Made by a program: the position numbers and the translations under genes. Source: Oceanospirillaceae bacterium (GTDB taxonomy: Bacteria > Pseudomonadota > Gammaproteobacteria > Pseudomonadales > Oceanobacteraceae). Taken from it: DNA of 64,000 nucleotides. The notes beneath the pieces were generated by a model. It had not been told where the DNA came from, made no database searches, and saw only the letters and a program-made list of their open reading frames with translations. The stretch is taken from positions 24,331 to 88,330 of the forward strand of contig PBNY01000069.1 in assembly GCA_002723385.1 (NCBI GenBank), written 5' to 3'. Shown in pieces: positions 56,389-64,000 of this stretch. Position 1 is the first letter of the stretch, and every line of letters starts with the position of its first letter.

Positions 56389-56874
56389 ATGGCCTGGTTG
56401 TCGATGATGGCGGAGTCGATCAGAGGCTCGGCGCTGGCCACTTCGGCCACCATGGCCAAGGTCGCGATGCCACCGATGCGCAAGTTCGGGTATTCCGACT
56501 CCCGCGCCACCGCGTCGATCGCGGCGGGCGGCACTCTGGGGATTCTGATTCCACCGAGCGTGATTCTGGTGATTTACGGCTTGCTGACCGAGTCCAGCAT
56601 CCGGGAACTGTTTGCCGCCGGATTTATTCCGGGCTTCCTCGGCATTCTGCTGTATCTGGCGGCGGTGCGTTACGTGGTCTGGCGTGATCCCAAGCAAGGC
56701 CCTCCGGGCGAGAAACTCAGCTGGTCCGAGCGTTGGCAGGCATTGCGTGGTGTCTGGGGCGTACTGGTGCTGTTTACCGTCGTGATGGGCGGTATCTACG
56801 TTGGCATCTTTACACCGACCGAAGCCGCTGGCCTTGCTGACCTTTATCGCGCCGTTGTCGCTGTTCCTGCCTGA
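56389..56874 (+). pseudogene. dctM: Remnant of a TRAP-transporter large permease (DctM) gene, central ~160 codons only
   Basis: GSALATSATMAKVAMPPMRKFGYSDSRATASIAAGGTLGILIPPSVILVIYGLLTESSIRELFAAGFIPG and GGIYVGIFTPTEAAG are classic mid-DctM blocks. Intact DctM is ~430 aa. A TAG lies immediately upstream in frame, and the ORF stops just after the TEAAG block. Confidence 0.65.
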
Positions 56875-56889
56875 ACTCTTGTATCGCTG

Positions 56890-57378
56890 ATGGAGGACAA
56901 AACCATGCTGCCAGACGTTACTCGTATTCTGTACGCATCCGATCTGCAAAAGGGCGCCCGACCGGCATTTCGCCGCGCCGTGAGTCTGTGTGGTCGCTAT
57001 GAGTCAGCGATCACTTTTCTGCACGTGGCCGAGCCGGTGGGGGACTACGCCGAGAAACTGGTGAAGTCGTTTCTGGATAGTGACGACTCACTGAAAGCAC
57101 TGCACGAAGAAGGACTGGAAAACCTGCGTCAGTCACTGCGTGACCGTGTCACCCGTTTCTGCGCCGACGAACTGGAGGCTGACAACTTGCTGGAAGACGG
57201 CACGCTGGAAGTCCGGGTGGAAGAGGGAAACCCCTGGAAAACCATTCTGGAAGTGGCTGATGACATCGACGCCAGTGTGATTGTGGTGGGAGCGCGGCAT
57301 CAGTCGTCGCTGCTGGGGCACACGTCACACAAAGTTGTGCATAACAGTCGTCGGCCTGTACTGGTTGTACCAATCTAG
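56890..57378 (+). CDS. Universal stress protein (UspA family)
   Basis: 162 aa (alternative start at 56905). Motifs are ILYASDL...AITFLHVAEP and VIVVGARHQSSLLGHTSHKVVHNSRRPVLVVP. Confidence 0.8.
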   Translation: MEDKTMLPDVTRILYASDLQKGARPAFRRAVSLCGRYESAITFLHVAEPVGDYAEKLVKSFLDSDDSLKALHEEGLENLRQSLRDRVTRFCADELEADNLLEDGTLEVRVEEGNPWKTILEVADDIDASVIVVGARHQSSLLGHTSHKVVHNSRRPVLVVPI

Positions 57379-57635
57379 ATCGTTATTTAAGTCAGATATT
57401 TCAGTTGGGCTGTATTGCTGGAAAGCGATTTATAAAAAAACAAATCAGGAGGGAGTAATCCGGGAGAGCCACAAATCGATGAAGTACCAGGAAATGTGTA
57501 AAACAGGACGTCAGGCTATTCCGTCTATATCCGTGGAATAGCTCGCCACACAACAGTACACAGCCTTGAACATATCTTTTAGTCGGAGATGTGCGGGGTT
57601 GTGTTTATAAAAAAATAAATAAAGAGAGATGATTA

Positions 57636-58727
57636 ATGACTAACAAATTCACTATGTTGGCTGCTGCTTGCTGCCTATCCACAGCCAATGGTGCTTATGC
57701 GGTTCAAATCGCTGATATTGATGGCACCAAAGTCAGCCTGGGTGGCTACGTGAAAGCCGAAGGCGTATTCAACCGTCCGGATGGCAACGCCGCTGCCGGT
57801 TCAGAAAACAGTTTTCTGGCCGGTATGCGCCAGTCGCGTCTGAATCTGAAAATTGCCAAAGACGTGGATGGCCACAAGGTGTCCGGCTTCTTTGAAGGGG
57901 ATTTCTACGGTAATTCCAAAGCCGATGCCGGTACCGCGATTTACTGGCGTATGCGTCACGCTGCGATTCAGGTGGACAACGTCATGGTAGGCCAGTTCTG
58001 GAATGGCCAGATGCTGGCAACGGCTCCGCTGGATCCGGGCATGATCAACTTCTGGGGTGCGGGCGTCGGCACCATTGGCGGTAACGGCGCAACGGTACGT
58101 CCGCAACTGTTGATGCACTACAAAACCGATGGTTTGCGCCTGAGTGTGCAAGACCCGGTGTACACCGATGCGGGTTACCCGGATCTGGTCGCCAGTTACC
58201 TGATCAAGACTGAAAGCGGTGTGGCCGTCAGCCTGGCTGCCACCGGTCGTGATACCGACACAACGCCAGACGTCGACGACAGCGAATCCAAATTTGGTGC
58301 CGGATTCTCGGTATCGGGCAAGGTGCCAGTGGGCAAGAGCTCTCTGCACCTGAGCGGCTACAGCGGCAAGGGCATGGGCGCCTACTCCGGTGTTGGTGTG
58401 GGTGGCGCCTACCGTGGTGCTGACCGCATTGACGCTGAAAACGGTGATCTGGTTTCCCAGACCGGTTTTGTTGCCGGTGTGAAACACAGCTTCTCAGACA
58501 ATCTCAAGGGTACCGTGCGTTACGCCAAAATCACGGTGGATGACGAAGCCGAAACCGAGCTGGTGATGAACAACGTCAATCTGGTTTACACCTATCTGAA
58601 GGGTCTGGATATCGGTATGGAATGGCGTCGTCAGACACTGGGCACGGTTTCTCAAGCCGACTCCGACTGGCAGCGCACCCGCCCGAAAGGCCAGCAGCTG
58701 GAGTTCATGGCGATGTTCAAATTCTGA
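57636..58727 (+). CDS. Outer-membrane porin
   Basis: 363 aa with signal peptide ...STANGAYA/VQ. It has alternating beta-strand patterning throughout and a C-terminal aromatic signature (EFMAMFKF). The upstream region is A/T-rich. Confidence 0.75.
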   Translation: MTNKFTMLAAACCLSTANGAYAVQIADIDGTKVSLGGYVKAEGVFNRPDGNAAAGSENSFLAGMRQSRLNLKIAKDVDGHKVSGFFEGDFYGNSKADAGTAIYWRMRHAAIQVDNVMVGQFWNGQMLATAPLDPGMINFWGAGVGTIGGNGATVRPQLLMHYKTDGLRLSVQDPVYTDAGYPDLVASYLIKTESGVAVSLAATGRDTDTTPDVDDSESKFGAGFSVSGKVPVGKSSLHLSGYSGKGMGAYSGVGVGGAYRGADRIDAENGDLVSQTGFVAGVKHSFSDNLKGTVRYAKITVDDEAETELVMNNVNLVYTYLKGLDIGMEWRRQTLGTVSQADSDWQRTRPKGQQLEFMAMFKF

Positions 58728-58921
58728 TGAAGAGAGCGCCGAAAGGGCTCTGAACCCGTTTGGGGTCAATGGATGCAGCGGTGTGATGGCCTCCGCTTCC
58801 AGACCCTTTTTATGGCAGATGGCATGAATAAGGACACAGTTCGTGCGTATCCGGAAAGACGTGTGCTCGCTCTCCGGTTTTTATACAGGTCATTCAGCCT
58901 GGACCCTGTATTTTCTGCCAC

Positions 58922-58946
58922 CCCGGCCTATGGCCGGGTTTTTTTT
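58922..58946 (+). terminator. Rho-independent terminator
   Basis: The stem pairs CCCGGCC (58922-58928) with GGCCGGG (58932-58938) around loop TAT and is followed by eight T (58939-58946). It lies 195 nt after the porin stop and 50 nt before the MFS start. Confidence 0.75.
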
Positions 58947-58995
58947 GTTTATGGTATGTCAGTTTTACAGGCCAATCGCATGAGGAAAGCGACGT

Positions 58996-60180
58996 ATGTA
59001 CAGCAAAGACACCAGGTTACCGCTTGGCGGTATTCTGATGCTGGCGGGACTGGTGGCACTGGCTCCGCTGGGAACCGATATCTACCTGTCAGCGGTTCCT
59101 TCCATGGCTGCATCCTATGCGGCGTCGACGGAAAAGATTGAGCTGTCGATTTCCTTCTTCCTCGTCGGTATCGCCTTCGGACACCTGCTTGGCGGGCCGT
59201 TGTCGGATCGTTATGGCCGCCGCAAACTCGTGACACTGGGCATACTGCTGTTTGGTTCGGCGTCGCTGGCGATAGTCTTCCTGGAACAACTGAGCATGCT
59301 CTATGGCCTGCGGGTCATACAGGCACTGGGCGCGGGGCTGGCCTCGGTAAGCGCCATGGCCGTGGTGCGCGATATCAGCGCCGGACGCGAAGGCGCCAGC
59401 AACATGATGCGTGTGGTACAGGTGATGATGGCCGCGCCGTTACTGGCGCCGATGCTTGGGATGGTGATTTAACGCTACTTCGGTTGGCATGCGATCTTCC
59501 TGTTTCTGGTGGGCTACTGCATCGTCCTGCTGATGCCGTTCCTGAAAAATGCCCCGGAAACCAGCCCCATGGAAGGCCGCAGCAACTTCCTCGCATCCTA
59601 CTGGCAGCTGGCCAGAGACCGCCGGGTCTGGCCGGGCATGATCAGCATCATTGGCACCTACGGCGTGATGTTCTCGTTTATCACCGCCTCGCCCACCGTC
59701 TACATGGGCTACTTCGGGGTATCGCCAGAACTGTTTCCACTGGCATTCGGCTCCAACGTCATCGGCATGCTGATCATGGGACAACTGAACATCCGGCTGC
59801 TGAAACGCTACTCCGCAGCGGCACTGATCGTCCGCGGACAACTGGTGCAACTGGTCGCAGGTAGCCTGCTGGTCGGCTACCTGCTTCTGTCCGATCAGCC
59901 CCAATTCGTGGTTGTACTGCTGATGACCGTCTCATTCATCAGCTGCCACTCACTGGTGGTTTCCAACAGCATCTCCTCCACCACCGAATACTTCCCCGAC
60001 CGTGCCGGAACCACCACCGCACTGCTCAGCGCCTCCGGCTTTATGGCCGGAGCCAGTATCGGCTCCCTGACCGGCCTCTTCGCCGACGGCACACCACTGC
60101 CAATGGCCGTGATCATGCTACTGGCGTGCCTGGGAGGCGTGGTGATGAGAGGGGCGTTGGCCAAAGCAGAATTCAGCTGA
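58996..60180 (+). pseudogene. Bcr/CflA-type MFS efflux transporter interrupted by a single in-frame TAA
   Basis: ORFs 58996-59472 and 59509-60180 are in the same frame. Reading through the TAA at 59470-59472 gives the continuous MFS sequence ...LAPMLGMVI*RYFGWHAIFLFLVGY.... The MFS motif GPLSDRYGRRK lies in the first half. Confidence 0.7.
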
Positions 60181-60228
60181 TTGTTGATGGGGCTTTAAAC
60201 GGCTTCCTGCTCGTTACTGGAATGAATT

Positions 60229-61188
60229 ATGGTGACAGCAGGAACTTTCATGGATGTCAGCAACATGCCCGTGCATAACCCGATCTGCGAACGTCTGCAG
60301 ACACTCAATACCGCCACCGTCAGTGGCAAGCGTGCGCCACACAAGCCGCTGTTGATACTGGTGGCTTTGGGAGAATGGCAACGAGGCCATCGTGTGATTC
60401 GCTTTGCTGACATTGAAAAGCGGTTGATCCGTTTATTGAAGGCCTGGGCACCACCGATCAAAAGTGCTCCCAATGCCACCAAACCCTGGTGGCACCTGAA
60501 GTCTGATGGGTTATGGCACATCCATGATCTGGAGCGACTGGCACTATCACAGAACATCCGTTCCTATCGCCAATCAACCGCCAGCTTTAGCAATGACGTA
60601 CTGGCATGGCTGGACACAGACACCAGCGCTATCCACACCATCGCCGGTTTGATTCTGCAGCAGCACTTCCTGCCCACCACCTACCAGAGCGTTCTGGATC
60701 AATGCGGGCTGGATATACCGGCTCCGTTTGAGCTGGAATCTCCCAACCAGATCAAAGACAGCGCCAACGCCCAGCAGCGTTATCGTGCTGCCAGCTTTCG
60801 CCACGATGTACTCAAAGCCTACGACTACCGCTGCGCCGTCAGTGGATTTCAAATTACGTTGGGCGGCAGTGCCATCGCCTGCGAAGCCGCCCATATCCAG
60901 GCCCATGCTTTTAACGGCCCGGATACCGTCGATAATGGGCTGGCACTGGAACCGACTCTTCACACCCTGTTCGACCGGGGCATCTGGTCACTCAGTGATG
61001 ACCACCGCATTCTCATATCACAGGAATTTTCCGGCTCCGATATTGGCCTTGAACGCATTCGATCACTCAGCGGCCAGCGCATCCGCGAGCCTTTAGCAGG
61101 GCAGCCGAAACTGAACGTTGACTACATACGTTGGCACCGTGAAGCAGAACGCGGCGGGATATTCCGGGCACCGGCATTGCCGTGGTGA
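60229..61188 (+). CDS. HNH_2-family endonuclease with an N-terminal domain resembling the phosphorothioate (sulfur)-binding domain of type IV restriction enzymes
   Basis: 319 aa; the start is uncertain (ATGs at 60229, 60250, 60265). The C-terminal HNH_2 motif is CEAAHIQAHAFNGPDTVDNGLALEPTLHTLFDRGIW. The N-terminal blocks RAPHKPLLILVALGEW and KPWWHLKSDGLWHI resemble the HKPxLLL / YPFWHLxxDGxW blocks I associate with ScoMcrA-like SBD-HNH proteins. Confidence 0.6.
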   Translation: MVTAGTFMDVSNMPVHNPICERLQTLNTATVSGKRAPHKPLLILVALGEWQRGHRVIRFADIEKRLIRLLKAWAPPIKSAPNATKPWWHLKSDGLWHIHDLERLALSQNIRSYRQSTASFSNDVLAWLDTDTSAIHTIAGLILQQHFLPTTYQSVLDQCGLDIPAPFELESPNQIKDSANAQQRYRAASFRHDVLKAYDYRCAVSGFQITLGGSAIACEAAHIQAHAFNGPDTVDNGLALEPTLHTLFDRGIWSLSDDHRILISQEFSGSDIGLERIRSLSGQRIREPLAGQPKLNVDYIRWHREAERGGIFRAPALPW

Positions 61189-61292
61189 TGTGGAAAGTTA
61201 AAGAAACTTCGTGACTTTTGTCGTTATGGTGCGTGCGTTAGACTGAGGCAGTTTCGCTCATCAGCAATAACTGGCAGGAGCTGTATCGTTCT

Positions 61293-63821
61293 ATGGATAA
61301 GAAAACTCTGAAAGAAACTGAAATCCGAACGCGTTTTATTACTCCGGCTATTGTTGAAGCAGGTTGGGATATTCACTCCCAGGTGCGTGAAGAGTACAGC
61401 GTCAGTGCCGGACGTATTCAGGTACGCGGGCGAATGCACAGCCGTGGTAAACCTCGTCAGGCTGACTACGTTCTGTGTTTTCAGAAGAATCAGCCCATCG
61501 CCGTACTCGAAGCCAAGGACAACAAACACAGCCTTGGCGATGGAATGCAGCAAGCTCTGGACTACGCCGAAAAGCTCGACGTGCCCTTTGCCATCAGCAG
61601 CAATGGCGACGGTTTTCTGTTTCACGACCGCTCGGGGCTGGTGTTCCCTCAGGTTGAAACCACCCTGGCACTGCACGAACTGCCCGGCCCGGATCAGCTC
61701 TGGCAAGCCTACTGTCAGTGGAAAGGCATCCCGCAGGCTAACCACTCACTGATCGAACATCCCTACTACGACGACGGCTCTGGCCGCAGCCCGCGTTATT
61801 ACCAGATGGTGGCGGTGAACCGTACGGTTGAAGCGGTCGCCAAAGGTCAGGACCGCATTCTGCTGGTGATGGCCACCGGCACAGGCAAAACCTACACCGC
61901 CTTTCAGATTATCTGGCGGCTGTGGAAGTCAAAGCAGAAGAAACGCATCCTGTTTCTGGCCGACCGCAATATTCTGGTCGACCAAACTATGAACAACGAC
62001 TTCAAACCCTTTTCGGGAGCCATGGCAAAGCTGTCGCCCAAATCCGGCGGCCTTGAGCGTAACGGCAAAAAAATAGAACAGACCCTGGCAGTAAAAAAAG
62101 GCCACGACCGGGTAAACAAGGTCGATACCTCCTACGAGATCTACCTTGGTTTGTATCAAGCCCTAAGCGGTGCGGAAGAAGCCCGTAACATCTACAAACA
62201 GTTCAGCCGCGACTTCTTCGATCTGATTATCATCGACGAATGCCACCGTGGCAGCGCCGCCGAAGACTCCGCCTGGCGCGACATTCTGAATTACTTCAGC
62301 GCCGCGACCCACGTTGGTCTCACCGCCACACCGAAAGAAACCGACGAAGTCTCCAACATCCATTACTTTGGCGAGCCGATTTACACCTACTCGCTCAAGC
62401 AAGGCATCGAAGACGGCTACCTGGCCCCCTACAAAGTGGTGCGGGTCGACTTCGACCATGACCTTAAAGGCTGGCGGCCCAGCAAAGGCCAAACCGATAA
62501 AACCGGTCAGCTGATCGACGACCGCATCTACAACCAGCGCGACTTCGACAAGAAAATCGTGATGGAAAAGCGCACCGAACTGGTCGCCGCCACCATCACC
62601 GAATTCCTGCAGAAAACTGATCCGATGCAGAAGACCATCGTGTTCTGCGACAACATCGACCACGCCGAGCGTATGCGTCAAGCACTGGTGAACCTCAACC
62701 CCGAACAGGTACGCAAGAACCGCAAATACGTCATGCGTATCACTGGCGACGAGCAGGAAGGCAAAGCCGAGCTGGATAACTTTATCGACCCCGAATCCCC
62801 CTACCCGGTGATTGCCTGCACCAGCAAACTGATGACCACCGGCGTCGATGCCAAAACCTGCAAACTGGTGGTGCTCGACCAGCGCATCCAGTCGATGACC
62901 GAATTCAAACAGATCATTGGTCGCGGCACCCGCATCGACGAAGAATACGGCAAGTTCTGGTTCACCATTCTCGACTTCAAAAAAGCCACCGAACTGTTTG
63001 CTGATGAAAAATTCGACGGCCTGCCAGAACAGGTTTACGTCCCACCAGAAGGCGGCACCATCGTCCCGCCGGAAAACCCGGGTGATGACGAGGACGGTGA
63101 CGAAACCGAAAACCCCGACCAACCCGGCATAGGTGAAGACAACGGCGGTTATACAACCGGTGGCTCAGACACAGGTCATGGCGGAACAGGAGGAAATTGG
63201 GGTGACGGTGAAGAAAACGGTGGTGATGGCGAACCACCGGTCAAATTCTTCGTCAACGACGTCGAATTCAAAAAAATCGACCAGCGCGTCCAGTACCTCG
63301 ACGCCAACGGCAAACTGATTACCGAAAACCTCACCGACTTCACCCGCAAATCGGTACAGGGCCAGTACGCCACCCTCAACGACTTTATCAACCGCTGGCA
63401 CAACGCCGACCGCAAACAGGCGGTACTCGACGAACTCGCCGCCCAGGGCATCTTCTGGCAAGACCTCGCCGACCAACTCAAAGACAGCCTCGGTGACGAA
63501 CCAGACCCGTTCGACGTGATTCTGCACATCGTCTACGGCCAACCGGCGCTGACCCGCAAACAACGCGCCAGCAACGCCCGCAAGCGCAAGGACGTGTTCA
63601 GCCGTTATCAGGACTCCGCCCAGGCCGTACTCGATGCCCTGCTCGACAAATACGCCGACAACGGCATCGCCTCCATCGAAGACATCAAAATCCTGCGCCT
63701 GCCACCGTTCGACCAGCTCGGCACTGCGCCGGAACTGGTCAAAGCCTTTGGCGGCAAACCCGGCTACCAACAAGCCCTGAAAGAACTCGAAGATCAGCTT
63801 TATCAGGATGACGTCAGCTAA
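61293..63821 (+). CDS. hsdR: Type I restriction enzyme R subunit (HsdR), EcoEI/EcoAI-like
   Basis: 842 aa. The N-terminal nuclease-like region is [13 protein letters not shown]...QADYVL...AVLEAKD. Helicase motifs are [26 protein letters not shown] and QIIGRGTR. The C-terminal EcoEI_R_C-like tail is [18 protein letters not shown]...[18 protein letters not shown]. Confidence 0.85.
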   Translation: MDKKTLKETEIRTRFITPAIVEAGWDIHSQVREEYSVSAGRIQVRGRMHSRGKPRQADYVLCFQKNQPIAVLEAKDNKHSLGDGMQQALDYAEKLDVPFAISSNGDGFLFHDRSGLVFPQVETTLALHELPGPDQLWQAYCQWKGIPQANHSLIEHPYYDDGSGRSPRYYQMVAVNRTVEAVAKGQDRILLVMATGTGKTYTAFQIIWRLWKSKQKKRILFLADRNILVDQTMNNDFKPFSGAMAKLSPKSGGLERNGKKIEQTLAVKKGHDRVNKVDTSYEIYLGLYQALSGAEEARNIYKQFSRDFFDLIIIDECHRGSAAEDSAWRDILNYFSAATHVGLTATPKETDEVSNIHYFGEPIYTYSLKQGIEDGYLAPYKVVRVDFDHDLKGWRPSKGQTDKTGQLIDDRIYNQRDFDKKIVMEKRTELVAATITEFLQKTDPMQKTIVFCDNIDHAERMRQALVNLNPEQVRKNRKYVMRITGDEQEGKAELDNFIDPESPYPVIACTSKLMTTGVDAKTCKLVVLDQRIQSMTEFKQIIGRGTRIDEEYGKFWFTILDFKKATELFADEKFDGLPEQVYVPPEGGTIVPPENPGDDEDGDETENPDQPGIGEDNGGYTTGGSDTGHGGTGGNWGDGEENGGDGEPPVKFFVNDVEFKKIDQRVQYLDANGKLITENLTDFTRKSVQGQYATLNDFINRWHNADRKQAVLDELAAQGIFWQDLADQLKDSLGDEPDPFDVILHIVYGQPALTRKQRASNARKRKDVFSRYQDSAQAVLDALLDKYADNGIASIEDIKILRLPPFDQLGTAPELVKAFGGKPGYQQALKELEDQLYQDDVS

Positions 63822-64000
63822 TCAAAGCCGGATAATCTCCTGCTTTTCTTTCAGGGCCTTCTGTCAGGTGTCCTGAATTGCATCCGATCAGACACGATAT
63901 CTGGCGCCACATACTCGCCCTGCCCAATAAAACCAACATCGTAGGGTGTAATAGCATTGCACCGGAACAACAGCACAAGAGACCCCCATGAGCATCAGCA

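Noticed and set aside
56191-56949. 252-aa minus-strand ORF
   Set aside because: It is antisense to the DctM remnant and to the uspA start. The translation is Arg/Gly/His-rich without motifs, whereas the plus-strand frame carries unmistakable DctM blocks.
58773-59141. 122-aa plus-strand ORF spanning the porin-MFS intergenic region
   Set aside because: It runs through a strong rho-independent terminator (58922-58946) and into the MFS coding frame region. It has no motif support.
63988-64000. ATG followed by MSIS... at the right edge, possibly the start of hsdM
   Set aside because: Only 13 nt are visible. The position after hsdR is suggestive, but nothing can be verified.

Overview
This is a proteobacterial chromosomal window that looks gammaproteobacterial, at roughly 50-55% G+C by eye. 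All product calls rest on motif recognition by eye, because no database search was possible. No rRNA, tRNA, CRISPR array or transposase was recognised.

Left flank (1-11.3 kb): a fragment of the phenylacetate catabolon. paaG' and paaF lie on the minus strand, and paaN-paaY-paaX diverge from them behind a GATACA-N26-TGTATC PaaX-type operator. Next come a 1078-aa multi-PAS-GGDEF-EAL protein ending in a CZB-like zinc module, ccoG, and a MocR/GntR regulator.

Centre (11.6-49.9 kb): one uninterrupted co-directional plus-strand gene string.
- It opens with a type VI secretion system (tssB tssC hcp tssJ tssK tssL tssM ... hcp tssE tssF tssG vgrG). This system has no tssA and no clpV in the window. 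Exactly between tssM and a second hcp it carries a 574-aa natural TssB-TssC fusion paralogue.
- It continues with a low-G+C cassette covering the VgrG C-terminus and cargo genes: a DUF2169-pentapeptide fusion, a second pentapeptide protein, a DUF3540-like protein and a toxin-less DUF4150/PAAR-like protein.
- It ends with a membrane-anchored TAXI-like binding protein, a Sel1-repeat lipoprotein, a 3421-aa Big_2 (Ig-like) repeat lipoprotein with 1782-nt super-repeats, a secreted coiled-coil protein, and a TPR + beta-barrel outer-membrane protein that looks Slam/DUF560-like.

Right flank (50-64 kb): a LysR regulator, an HpaB-type two-component aromatic hydroxylase whose reductase is fused to a MarR-like domain, a LuxR regulator and a DUF3422-like membrane protein. 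These are followed by a DctM remnant, UspA, a porin, and a Bcr/CflA MFS gene broken by one in-frame TAA. The window closes with a defence pair: an HNH_2 endonuclease with a sulfur-binding-domain-like N-terminus, and an EcoEI-type HsdR.
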